A stretch of 64,000 bases of DNA. Origin: Pseudomonadota bacterium (GTDB taxonomy: Bacteria; Pseudomonadota; Alphaproteobacteria; UBA8366). The position numbers and the translations under genes are program-made. Location: positions 51,947 to 115,946 of the forward strand of contig JAYZAS010000004.1 of NCBI GenBank assembly GCA_036339585.1, given 5' to 3'. The notes below the pieces were generated by a model that made no database searches, was not told the origin of the DNA, and saw only the letters and a program-made list of their open reading frames with translations. This document shows, piece after piece, positions 17,621 through 26,494 of this stretch. Position 1 is the stretch's first letter, and each line of letters starts with the position of its first letter.

Positions 17621-18199
17621 CTAAGCCTTGGGCCCTGAGCGGTTTTTACACTGTCGATCGCCATGCTCCACCATGACCAACTCACTGACAGGGAACCCAA
17701 GTTTCCGCGCTTTCTCGATAAGCTTTTGTCGTATACCCGCTGCCAAAATTGGTTCCCTAGAAAGGATCCATAAGTAGTTTCGGGATGACCCCGAAACAAG
17801 AGCAAAGTGGTAGTTCTTACGGTCAAGACCAATGACGTGATAGCCACCACTAAAAGGCCAAAAGAAGGAAACTGAAAGGCTACCAACAGTTTTTTTTTCC
17901 TGAAAAACAGCGACTCCCCTGGCTTCCTCCCATTCACAATTGGCACTATTAAAACCGCGGTTTAACACGCTTACCGTCCCGTCGTTGCGCAAGTCGTAAG
18001 TTGCTGTCACATGGCTGAGGCCGCGCTCAAACCTGTTGTCAAGTCGCATAACTTCATACCAGTGACCTTTGTAACGCTGAACATCGAAGGGCGTGACGGC
18101 CTCTAAACCGACAGGGATCTGATTACACCCTGCCAAAAGAAACACCAGCAAAAAACCATATAGATAACATAGTGATTTCAATGGAGCATAATCATTCAT
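17621..18199 (-). CDS. blc: outer-membrane lipocalin lipoprotein (Blc-like)
   Basis: Lipobox LLAGC, then the lipocalin motif FDVQRYKGHWYEVMRLDNRFERG. 192 aa. Confidence 0.85.
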   Translation of the reverse strand: MNDYAPLKSLCYLYGFLLVFLLAGCNQIPVGLEAVTPFDVQRYKGHWYEVMRLDNRFERGLSHVTATYDLRNDGTVSVLNRGFNSANCEWEEARGVAVFQEKKTVGSLSVSFFWPFSGGYHVIGLDRKNYHFALVSGSSRNYLWILSREPILAAGIRQKLIEKARKLGFPVSELVMVEHGDRQCKNRSGPKA

Positions 18200-18254
18200 A
18201 AAGATACCGGCTCACAACTATCACAGCAAAGTGTGGTCATTAATGGAGATCAGA

Positions 18255-18707
18255 TCAACCAAAAGTAGCAGTTGCGAGAATGCTAATAACAGCAATTGTT
18301 AGGTAAAGGCGAAATTTTATATACCAGCTCTCAATTTGACCGACACGATAAAGAGCAAAATCTATTAATAGCATCAACGTGAAAAAACAAATTAAAGCGA
18401 AAACCCCATATCTTATGGGTAAAAACACACATACCCAACCGAGAAGAGACGGCGCTACTGCAATGATTAGGAAAGGGTATTTTCGTGGAAATGTTTCGAC
18501 CGAGTGAAGTGATAACCCCCAAACGGCCCCACCAAGGAACGACAGAATTAGAGCTCCGTAAACTACAAGTCCCGATAAAGGTTCAAACGATATTTTTGCA
18601 AAGTTCGGGAAAAGTCCTAACAAACAAAATGGTACCAGCCCTGCGACGCCGAGCCCGTATATTAATCTACGCACTGTTACCTGTGATTTGTTTCCAACCA
18701 TTGCCAC
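18255..18707 (-). CDS. DUF3429-like membrane protein
   Basis: 150 aa with four TM helices. YGALILSFLGGAVWG resembles the conserved core I recall for DUF3429. Family assignment is from memory only. Confidence 0.55.
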   Translation of the reverse strand: MAMVGNKSQVTVRRLIYGLGVAGLVPFCLLGLFPNFAKISFEPLSGLVVYGALILSFLGGAVWGLSLHSVETFPRKYPFLIIAVAPSLLGWVCVFLPIRYGVFALICFFTLMLLIDFALYRVGQIESWYIKFRLYLTIAVISILATATFG

Positions 18708-18722
18708 TGCTAATGCTTCACC

Positions 18723-19076
18723 TCACGTAGTATCATTCGCCGCCAGATGAGGTGGCGCTATGTCCATGTGCCGCGGCGATATTGCTCCGATTTCATATTG
18801 TATAATATTTTCACTTATTGAGATTGAAACAATATCAGTCTTGAACTTGGTGCCGGACCGTATGAGTTGATCATCAATTTTTATCAGTAATTCTAGCCAA
18901 CTAATTGGCACATCGATGTAAATAAAGGTGCCGTTTTGGCTTCTGAGTTTTGCTGATTTGGATATGGGAGTGCTAGACCAGTCATCCTCTCCCATAACGG
19001 CTAGTAAGGGCTCTGCTAAAAATCGAGCGCGTAAAAGGCGCCTATTTAAAGCATGGATTTGATTAAGTCGCGACAT
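18723..19076 (-). CDS. hypothetical protein
   Basis: 117-aa ORF 16 nt upstream of the DUF3429-like gene on the same strand. No family recognised. Confidence 0.4.
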   Translation of the reverse strand: MSRLNQIHALNRRLLRARFLAEPLLAVMGEDDWSSTPISKSAKLRSQNGTFIYIDVPISWLELLIKIDDQLIRSGTKFKTDIVSISISENIIQYEIGAISPRHMDIAPPHLAANDTT

Positions 19077-19480
19077 TCATTCGGAGTGCTAATAATTGTC
19101 CAATATGAGCCTAAAGGTGTAGCAGAAAATCGTGCAAACACCCAAACCCTAAACCAACCTTTTTGAATGCTAACCTCACAAAATTGTTATGCACACAGTA
19201 AGTGTTTATAAGAATCTCAAAATGGTGGGTAATTTTATACAAAATGTTGAGTGATAAATTGTTATTCATCAGGTTCTTCAGTTTTTGTAAAAACGCCACA
19301 TTTGCGTTCAAGAGTTGACCCAACATCATTTCAGTCAACCTCAAGCGGCTGAGTAATATGTACCCTTTATATAAGGGCTTTTATACGAAACCGCATCTCT
19401 TCGGTATCGCCTTTCCGTCAAAATTACTTAACCTAACTGGGGAGAGTGATCTAAATCCTGATGTAAAACGTTTATAGGTT

Positions 19481-19753
19481 ATGATGCGTATAATTAATAT
19501 GAAATTAGTGTCTTCATACAATGCTTTGATGAATGACCAATATAACCCGCTCTGGAAGCTCCCTCCTGCGCAGCGTTTTCAGTTGATGGCATGGTTAAGC
19601 GTTATGTGGACAATGCTTTTTTGCCTCATGGTCGGAGTTTGGATGTACTTCGGCGAATTACTGATTTTTCATTTGTTATTCGCGCTTGGGTTCAGTGTTA
19701 CTGGTCTAATTTTTTCTAAGCAGTCACCTGACCCGCTCCCGATCAGGTCATAA
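19481..19753 (+). CDS. hypothetical small membrane protein
   Basis: 90 aa with two TM helices (LMAWLSVMWTMLFCLMVGVWMYF, LLIFHLLFALGFSVTGLIF). A good intrinsic terminator follows 30 nt downstream. Confidence 0.45.
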   Translation: MMRIINMKLVSSYNALMNDQYNPLWKLPPAQRFQLMAWLSVMWTMLFCLMVGVWMYFGELLIFHLLFALGFSVTGLIFSKQSPDPLPIRS

Positions 19754-19782
19754 AATCCTGATCGAAGCATGTCAGATTAACT

Positions 19783-19814
19783 GCTGGCAACCAAGGTGTA
19801 GCCAGCACATTTTT
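19783..19814 (+). terminator. intrinsic terminator after the 90-aa membrane ORF
   Basis: GCTGGC (19783-19788) / GCCAGC (19801-19806) stem, 12-nt loop, then ACATTTTT. Confidence 0.6.
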
Positions 19815-19827
19815 GGAGGCACAGGGG

Positions 19828-19986
19828 ATGGGACGTAAGATGTCTGAGGATGAATTAATAGGATTTTATTCTTCCGTTAATTGGGAAGCGGGAATGGCAC
19901 AGAAACGTGGCGATCACGAGGCAGAAAAAAGGCACAGGTGGGTCATGCAAAAAATTGAACGTTTCATAGAGCATCACCATCCGTAG
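19828..19986 (+). CDS. small ORF (52 aa), hypothetical
   Basis: Below the ORF-track cutoff. GGAGG lies 8 nt upstream of the ATG. Translation: MGRKMSEDELIGFYSSVNWEAGMAQKRGDHEAEKRHRWVMQKIERFIEHHHP. No family recognised. Confidence 0.3.
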   Translation: MGRKMSEDELIGFYSSVNWEAGMAQKRGDHEAEKRHRWVMQKIERFIEHHHP

Positions 19987-20036
19987 GCCGCACCTAAAAA
20001 TTTAGTTTTCATATCGCTCTAACAAGGAATAAATAC

Positions 20037-20207
20037 ATGCCTAAAAATAGGACTATAAAGACTTCAGCAGCTTCACTCCAAATAATTGCCGACCACTTGA
20101 GACACGTGTCAAAACGAAATAAGTTCGGTGGCGAGATTAAAGACGCTGTCGTCGCACTCGAAAGCGTGGTTGCTGATCTTCTCATCGTTGAACATCCTAA
20201 ATACTGA
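20037..20207 (+). CDS. small ORF (56 aa), hypothetical
   Basis: Below the ORF-track cutoff, with a weak AAGGA upstream. Translation: MPKNRTIKTSAASLQIIADHLRHVSKRNKFGGEIKDAVVALESVVADLLIVEHPKY. Confidence 0.25.
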   Translation: MPKNRTIKTSAASLQIIADHLRHVSKRNKFGGEIKDAVVALESVVADLLIVEHPKY

Positions 20208-20532
20208 CAACCTCATTCCCTGTTTGTCTGCAAAATCCTGCACCCTCCCAAACAATCTGTTTTAAGATGCTAGGTTCACGTCATTTAAAAGCCGTACATC
20301 GTTCCTGTTTTGATAGTTTTTAACTAGAACTGCATACAAAACAAATTTTGCCGCGGAAATATTATGTGGCGTCTGGAAAACCGTTTTCGTAGCGCAGGAA
20401 ATGGCGTGATTGTTGGGACACGATGAAGTATTTGTCACACTGCTTCAAAAAAACCAAGAAGCGCTGACGTAGTTTCCGTAAGGTCCATAATTTCGTTAAT
20501 CTTATAAAATTAACTCTTCTGCACCGCAAAAT

Positions 20533-20650
20533 AAGTGTTCCTTGCACAGTGGACACTTAAACTATGCTTGCAAGCACCTCTTACCAAAAGCTGTTTTGGC
20601 TTGCCTAAATAGCCTATATTGAGGCGTGAAGCTTAGCCTCAGTTTTCTTT
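20533..20650 (+). promoter_or_regulatory. structured RNA element (4 consecutive hairpins ending in a terminator-like stem plus U-tract): leader/attenuator or sRNA candidate
   Basis: Hairpin 1 is 20533-20558 (8 bp including one G-U). A perfect 12-bp palindrome TGCTTGCAAGCA lies at 20565-20576. The next hairpin is CCAAAA-GCTG-TTTTGG at 20584-20599. The last is TGAGGC-N10-GCCTCA at 20620-20641, followed by GTTTTCTTT. Confidence 0.35.
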
Positions 20651-20671
20651 AACCCAATGAAGGTGGTACCT

Positions 20672-22216
20672 ATGAACGGAGCCGAGAGTCTTGTTTCAAC
20701 ATTGCTGCGCGGTGGTGTCGATGTGTCTTTCGCCAACCCTGGCACTTCCGAAATGCATTACGTGGCTGCGCTTGATAAAATAGAAGGCATGCGATGCGTC
20801 TTATGCCTCTTTGAAGGTGTTGCTACAGGTGCCGCTGACGGATACGCGCGCATGGCTGAAAAACCGGCAGCTACCTTGCTTCATCTTGGGCCAGGTCTCG
20901 CCAATGGAATTGCGAACCTTCATAATGCGAAAAAGGCCCGTTCCTCGGTTGTTAACATAGTAGGCGACCACGCAATACACCACCTCAAGCACAATGCGCC
21001 TCTTACCTCTGATATTGTGGGGTTGGCCAAACCAGTCTCAGCTTGGGTTAAAGCTGCAACCACATCTAGAACAGTCGGACCGGACGGCGCTGAAGCAATT
21101 GCAGCTGCGAGCGCGCCACCAGGGCAGGTTGCCACTTTGATTTTACCGGCCGACACCGCCTGGAATGGAGATGGCGTCGTCGGCATACTCCCAAAAATTT
21201 CTGCACCAGAACAAGTAGAGGATGCCGTAATAGAGAATGCCGCAAAATTTATCGGTGGGGATCATAGAACACTTATTCTACTTGGAGCCGATGCATTGAG
21301 AGAGGCCCCGCTACAAACAGTTGCAAAAATTAAAGCGAAGACTGGGGTAAGCGTGATGGCCGAAGGCATGAATGCAAGAATACAACGAGGAGCTGGCCGA
21401 CTGTCGGTAGATCGCATCCCATACCCAGTACCCCAAGCGCTCGAAACTTTAAGCATTTTTAGTCAAGTCCTGCTCGTGGGAGCCTCTGAACCTGTCGGCT
21501 TCTTTGCCTACCCCCACTTGCCTAGCCAACTAACCCCTGAAAACTGCCAAATAGAAACTTTAGCATCCCCTGGACAAGATTGTTTGGGGGCACTCGTGGC
21601 GCTTGCCAATGCACTGGATGCCGATCATGTACAACCGGAATTACAATGTCTTGATAAGCCACAAAAACCAAGGGGTCCAATAACCATTGACACCATTGCA
21701 GCCGCAATAGGTGCACTACTGCCTGAAAATGCTATTGTTGTGGATGAAAGTATCACTACGGGGCGAAATTTTTTCCCTTACACCTCTGGGGCACACCCAC
21801 ATGACTGGCTTCAAAATTGTGGGGGCTCAATTGGATTAGGTTTGCCTATGGCCATAGGCGCCGCGGTTGCTTGTCCTGATCGAAAAGTTATTTGTCTTGA
21901 AAGCGACGGAAGCGGCATGTACTGCCCCCAAGCCCTGTGGACCCAAGCACGAGAGGGACTGGATATAACAACTCTGATTTTTGCTAACCGCTCTTACAAT
22001 ATCCTAGTCGGTGAACTGGCCGGTGTTGGCGCAGGCACACCAGGCCCTACTGCTACTGGTATGCTAAGTCTTAACCGACCCGTGATCGATTGGGTTGGGT
22101 TTGCCCACAGTTTAGGTGTTGAAGCCACAAGGGTGGAGGATTCTCAAGACCTTTGTCAGGCTTTTGAACGTGCAATAGATGTAGATGGACCCTCGTTAGT
22201 CGAAGTTATCTTTTAG
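20672..22216 (+). CDS. ThDP-dependent enzyme, benzoylformate-decarboxylase / acetolactate-synthase-like
   Basis: MNGAESLVSTLLRGGVDVSFANPGTSEMHYV (cf. BFD ...FGNPGSNE...), GPGLANGIANLHNAKKARSSVVNIVGDH, and the C-terminal ThDP motif ESDGSGMY...FANRSYN. AGGTGG lies 6 nt upstream of the ATG at 20672, while the ORF-track start at 20657 has no RBS. Confidence 0.88.
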   Translation: MNGAESLVSTLLRGGVDVSFANPGTSEMHYVAALDKIEGMRCVLCLFEGVATGAADGYARMAEKPAATLLHLGPGLANGIANLHNAKKARSSVVNIVGDHAIHHLKHNAPLTSDIVGLAKPVSAWVKAATTSRTVGPDGAEAIAAASAPPGQVATLILPADTAWNGDGVVGILPKISAPEQVEDAVIENAAKFIGGDHRTLILLGADALREAPLQTVAKIKAKTGVSVMAEGMNARIQRGAGRLSVDRIPYPVPQALETLSIFSQVLLVGASEPVGFFAYPHLPSQLTPENCQIETLASPGQDCLGALVALANALDADHVQPELQCLDKPQKPRGPITIDTIAAAIGALLPENAIVVDESITTGRNFFPYTSGAHPHDWLQNCGGSIGLGLPMAIGAAVACPDRKVICLESDGSGMYCPQALWTQAREGLDITTLIFANRSYNILVGELAGVGAGTPGPTATGMLSLNRPVIDWVGFAHSLGVEATRVEDSQDLCQAFERAIDVDGPSLVEVIF

Positions 22217-22784
22217 CCCCTTTTATCCTACGGCCGTGCCATTACCTGGTGTTAGCAAAAATCACATAAAGGTTTAATTGCCTTGCATTTACACGAAAAT
22301 AAATTTGCTCATAGTGCCAGTAGTACCCAGTTATTTTAGGAAATGTATCCTTAGAACGTGCGTTTTTTACCAGATAGTGGCAGTTAATTAAAACATTTGT
22401 TGTTCGCTTTTACTTTTATTTGAGGGCCGATTTCTCATCAAATGACTTGGAAATAAAAGCAGCCCCCGGCTCACCATCGAAAAAATAAGTTGGGGTAATC
22501 TGTCACTATCGTCGTTTGCAACATCTTTTTTCATACTAGCCTTCCGAAGAGCGTTTTTTCTTGCTTATAGCTATATGGCAAAATAGACGAATAAACATCA
22601 GTTGCAGAAATCTACCACCCATGCTGCGAAGGTATAAGGCGATCAATCACTAGCGACTGTCAATTAACCACTTTGCATGAAGATAATACGTGAACCTCGG
22701 AGAGAAGGCACGAAATGCCGTCTAGGTGTCTCCCCATCCTAACTTAAAACAAGTATCGAACGCAGCGTGGAGGATGCTTAAAAC

Positions 22785-23642
22785 CTAACCGAGATACTCT
22801 TTTTTCAAGCGCTTGAAATTGTCTGCACAAGTAAATTTGGCTAAGAGTTCAGCCGACGCTCCATCTAAATCCTTTGGATCAACACCGTTTCTAAGCTGTT
22901 TAAGTGTCTCAAAGGTCGCCTTAATGGATGCCATGATTGGTTTATGGCCCTGAAGAGCAAAGCGTACTCTTTGACTTCCCAAAAATTCTAGATCACGTAT
23001 TTCGTCTGGCGTACTGCCAAGCATAAGCGGTATGCTTACTTCCGCTGAAATGGCTTCTACCTCGCTTCGCGTCTCAATTCCAGCGAGAAACATACAATCA
23101 ACACCCGCTTCCTCATAGGCCTTGGTGCGTTTGATCGCGTCTTCAATGCCATTTACACCGGCAGCACTAGAGCGTCCTGCAACGACCAACAACGGATCTT
23201 GCCTTCCCTCTAAGGCAGCCCTCATTTTGCCGACACCCTCCTCAACAGAAATTAGTTTCGTAGTTCCTACTGTGCCAAAAGCTTTAGGAAGCTCTGTATC
23301 CTCAATAGTAAGCATGGCAACTCCGGCCGTTTCGAGCTCTTCCACAGTGCGTTTAACATTAAGCGCATTCCCATAACCGTGATCTGCATCAACTATAAGA
23401 GGCAGTTGCCCTGCGCGATTTATACGATAAGCCTGGCCGGCAAATTCACTCAGTGTGAGGACTATATCATCCGGCAACCCTAAAACCGATAATGACCCTA
23501 CCGAGCCAGCAAACATGCCAACTTCAAATCCTATGTCTTCAGCCATACGCGCAGAAATGGCATCATAAACAGAACCAGGGTGATAACATTTATCTCCCTC
23601 AAGGTAAGCGCGAAATTTTTCGCGGCGTTTAGTCCAGTGCAT
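22785..23642 (-). CDS. isocitrate lyase / PEP mutase superfamily protein (oxaloacetate decarboxylase / methylisocitrate-lyase-like)
   Basis: 285 aa. PLIVDADHGYGNALNVKRTVEELETAGVAMLTIEDT carries the D-x-D-x-G-x-G and E-D motifs of the family. Confidence 0.85.
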   Translation of the reverse strand: MHWTKRREKFRAYLEGDKCYHPGSVYDAISARMAEDIGFEVGMFAGSVGSLSVLGLPDDIVLTLSEFAGQAYRINRAGQLPLIVDADHGYGNALNVKRTVEELETAGVAMLTIEDTELPKAFGTVGTTKLISVEEGVGKMRAALEGRQDPLLVVAGRSSAAGVNGIEDAIKRTKAYEEAGVDCMFLAGIETRSEVEAISAEVSIPLMLGSTPDEIRDLEFLGSQRVRFALQGHKPIMASIKATFETLKQLRNGVDPKDLDGASAELLAKFTCADNFKRLKKEYLG

Positions 23643-23732
23643 TTTAAATTACTCCCTAAAACAAATTTTCTTGATGATTCTCTACGCTAATGAAGCTCAG
23701 ACACCAACGCAAGCCTCCAAAAATATCGATCC

Positions 23733-24332
23733 TCAAATGACGTCCGATATTTCCTCGAAACTTACTCGACGCGGCCGAGGCTGGGTTTTGGTAAAATCCC
23801 CAAATCCAATGTTACAAAGAAAATTAGATTTAATGTTTGTTCCAGCAAAAAATTCACTATCAACCGCCAAGTTATCAAACCCTGACATTGGTCCCACATC
23901 TAGACCAAGGGCGCGAGCTGCTATGATGAAATACCCTCCTTGTAGTGAACAATTACGAAATGCGAAAGGCTCCACTGTGGATGGATTTTTTACAAACCGG
24001 GCACCGCTCCCCGGTAAACCTGATAGTTCATCTAATTTGGTATAAAATTTAAGGTCATATCCGATAATTGCAGTTACAGGAGCAGCCATACTTTTTTCCA
24101 AATTTCCTTTTGAGAGGCAAGGCCAGAGGCGAGACTTGGCTTCTTTACTTTTAATGTAAAGTACTCGCGCCGGTTGTGCATTATTTGAGGTTGGCCCCAT
24201 TACGAAAAGGCTGTGCAGTTTATATAAAACCTCTTTGGCGACCTCTTTTTTTTGCCAATTTCGGGCCGTTCGGGCCCCGTAAAATAATAAATTCAATGCA
24301 CCTTCATCCAGGCTTTGCATGGGCGCCACCAT
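23733..24332 (-). CDS. nitroreductase-fold protein, RutE / malonic-semialdehyde-reductase-like
   Basis: 199 aa. LLFYGARTARNWQKKEV ... GPTSNNAQPARVLYIKS resembles the RutE/YdjA-type subfamily. Confidence 0.75.
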   Translation of the reverse strand: MVAPMQSLDEGALNLLFYGARTARNWQKKEVAKEVLYKLHSLFVMGPTSNNAQPARVLYIKSKEAKSRLWPCLSKGNLEKSMAAPVTAIIGYDLKFYTKLDELSGLPGSGARFVKNPSTVEPFAFRNCSLQGGYFIIAARALGLDVGPMSGFDNLAVDSEFFAGTNIKSNFLCNIGFGDFTKTQPRPRRVSFEEISDVI

Positions 24333-24406
24333 ATTTTCTTTGAGCTCTTTTAACGCTCCAAACTATTTTGAATTTTGCTATTTCATGAATTAAATGGCGC
24401 TTAACT

Positions 24407-26494
24407 TCAAGCATTTAACTCTATCCGTAAATTTAAACTCTCATCAATTCTAGCTCGTGTTCCAGGCGGCATAACAGTCGTGGACTCTCGCTCTTCAATA
24501 ATCGCAGGCCCCTCTACAGTATCCCCTTCAAAAAAAGCATACCGATTATAAACGTTACAAGGAGCAAAACCCGTTTCAGAGAAGAAAACTGACCGCTGGC
24601 CCTTTAGTTTGTTATCCACGGACCCTTTCTGCCCCTTAAAGTTGAGAGCAATTTTTGGTATTGACGCAGTCGCCGCAAGCCTCCAACTCATAGTTTCGAT
24701 CGCAATATCGGTGACAGTTCGCTCAAAAAGGTTCCTATAACTATCAAAAAAATTAAGACGCAATTCGTCGATATGTGACCCAGATAATTTACCGTCTGGA
24801 ACTGGAACTGGAATTTCAAAACCTTGCCCCACATGCCGCATGTCGGCGTTACGTTCGAACGTAATATCTTCGTTAGCTGCGCCAGCTTCTATTAGGAGTG
24901 ACCTCGCCTCATCCTCCATATCGCAGAACAACTGATTTAAATATTCCCAGTTTATTTGTTCTAATCGCGCTACGTAGCTGCGAACATAATCAACAGCGGG
25001 TGCAGCTACTAAAAACCCTAAAGCGGACGTAACGCCCGCCCCCAATGGCACAATAACATTATCTAATTTGAGCAAACGCGCCATATGGCAAGCGTGAACA
25101 GGTCCGGCACCACCGAATGCGATCATATCGTATTTACGTGGGTCACGGCCTTTTTCAGCAAGGTGCATTCGTGTTGCGGCAGCCATATTTTCATTTACAA
25201 CATTATGAATACCAACAGCCGCCTCCAAAACAGTTAGTCCTAACGGCTTTGCTAATGTTTCTTCTATTGATTTTTCTACTCTCTCCAAATTGAGTGTCAT
25301 CTGACCACCCAAAAAATAGTCCGGATTTAAATAGCCTAAGTATAAATCCGCATCAGTCACTGCAGGATCTTTGCCACCTAGCCCATAACAAACTGGACCT
25401 GGCTGGGAACCGGCACTACGTGGCCCTACCTTCAGTAATCCCATCTGATCTACAGATGCCAAACTACCCCCTCCTGCACCAATTTCAATCATATCCACCA
25501 CTGACACTTTCAGTGGTAAACCCGACCCTTTAGCAAAACGACGAACTCGGCCGGCCTCAAAGTCATATTTTCGGTCAGGCCTGTTGTTATCAATGAGGCA
25601 CATTTTGGCAGTGGTACCACCCATATCATACGATATCAGATTCTTAGTATCTGTTAGTGTACTGTAATACGATGCTGCCATTGCACCTGCAGCAGGACCT
25701 GATTCAATCAACCGAATGGGGTATGCCTCAGCATCCCTTACTGTAGTAATCCCTCCCCCAGACAACATGATATAGAGGGTGCCATCATGTCCTAGCGCAT
25801 TTAATCTCTTCTCAAGCTTCTTTAGGTAACTCTGCATTAACGGTTGTACATATGCGTTAGCACACGCAGTACTCGCCCGCTCAAATTCACGAATCTCCGG
25901 CGCCACATCGGACGAAAGTGTGATAGGCAAATCTTTGTACAGTTTACTGACAATCTTCTTTGCTAACCGCTCATGGACTGGATTGCGATACGAGTGCATG
26001 AGGCAAATAGCTAATGCCTCTATGTTTTCTTCCTGCACAAGTTTTCTCAAGGAATTCTTAAATCCCTCTTCATCAAACTCAAGCAGAATTTCTCCATCTG
26101 CCGAAATACGTTCCGCAACACTCTCCCGGAGAAACCTTGGCACTAGCGAAGGTGGTGACTCAATGAACAGATCATACAGGTCGTAACGGATCTCTTTGGC
26201 CATTTCGAGAGTGTCACGATGCCCAAGGGTACTTACCAACCCAACTTTTGCACCGGTCCGCTCAATAATCGTATTTGTGATTAAGGTAGTTCCATGCACG
26301 ATATTGTCTACGGCCGCTGGAGACACTCCTGCGTCTGATAGCAGACGGCCCACACCATCTAGGATTGCAGCGCTAGGATCTGAAGGTGTGGTCAACTGCT
26401 TGCCTGTAAAAATCTGATCGCGTTCCTCATCAACAAGAACGAAATCAGTAAAGGTGCCCCCAACATCAACACCGATGCGAATGCGTTTTTTCAT
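24407..26494 (-). CDS. hyuA: hydantoinase/oxoprolinase family A subunit (HyuA-like, ATP-dependent)
   Basis: 695 aa. IRIGVDVGGTFTDFVLVDE is the ASKHA N-terminal motif. Length and later motifs are typical of hydantoinase_A. Confidence 0.92.
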   Translation of the reverse strand: MKKRIRIGVDVGGTFTDFVLVDEERDQIFTGKQLTTPSDPSAAILDGVGRLLSDAGVSPAAVDNIVHGTTLITNTIIERTGAKVGLVSTLGHRDTLEMAKEIRYDLYDLFIESPPSLVPRFLRESVAERISADGEILLEFDEEGFKNSLRKLVQEENIEALAICLMHSYRNPVHERLAKKIVSKLYKDLPITLSSDVAPEIREFERASTACANAYVQPLMQSYLKKLEKRLNALGHDGTLYIMLSGGGITTVRDAEAYPIRLIESGPAAGAMAASYYSTLTDTKNLISYDMGGTTAKMCLIDNNRPDRKYDFEAGRVRRFAKGSGLPLKVSVVDMIEIGAGGGSLASVDQMGLLKVGPRSAGSQPGPVCYGLGGKDPAVTDADLYLGYLNPDYFLGGQMTLNLERVEKSIEETLAKPLGLTVLEAAVGIHNVVNENMAAATRMHLAEKGRDPRKYDMIAFGGAGPVHACHMARLLKLDNVIVPLGAGVTSALGFLVAAPAVDYVRSYVARLEQINWEYLNQLFCDMEDEARSLLIEAGAANEDITFERNADMRHVGQGFEIPVPVPDGKLSGSHIDELRLNFFDSYRNLFERTVTDIAIETMSWRLAATASIPKIALNFKGQKGSVDNKLKGQRSVFFSETGFAPCNVYNRYAFFEGDTVEGPAIIEERESTTVMPPGTRARIDESLNLRIELNA

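Noticed and set aside
18723-19076. PilZ-like RRxxxR (RRLLRAR) followed about 15 residues later by DWSSTP in the 117-aa hypothetical
   Set aside because: The second motif lacks the conserved Gly of (D/N)xSxxG and the spacing is short. This is not enough to claim a c-di-GMP receptor.
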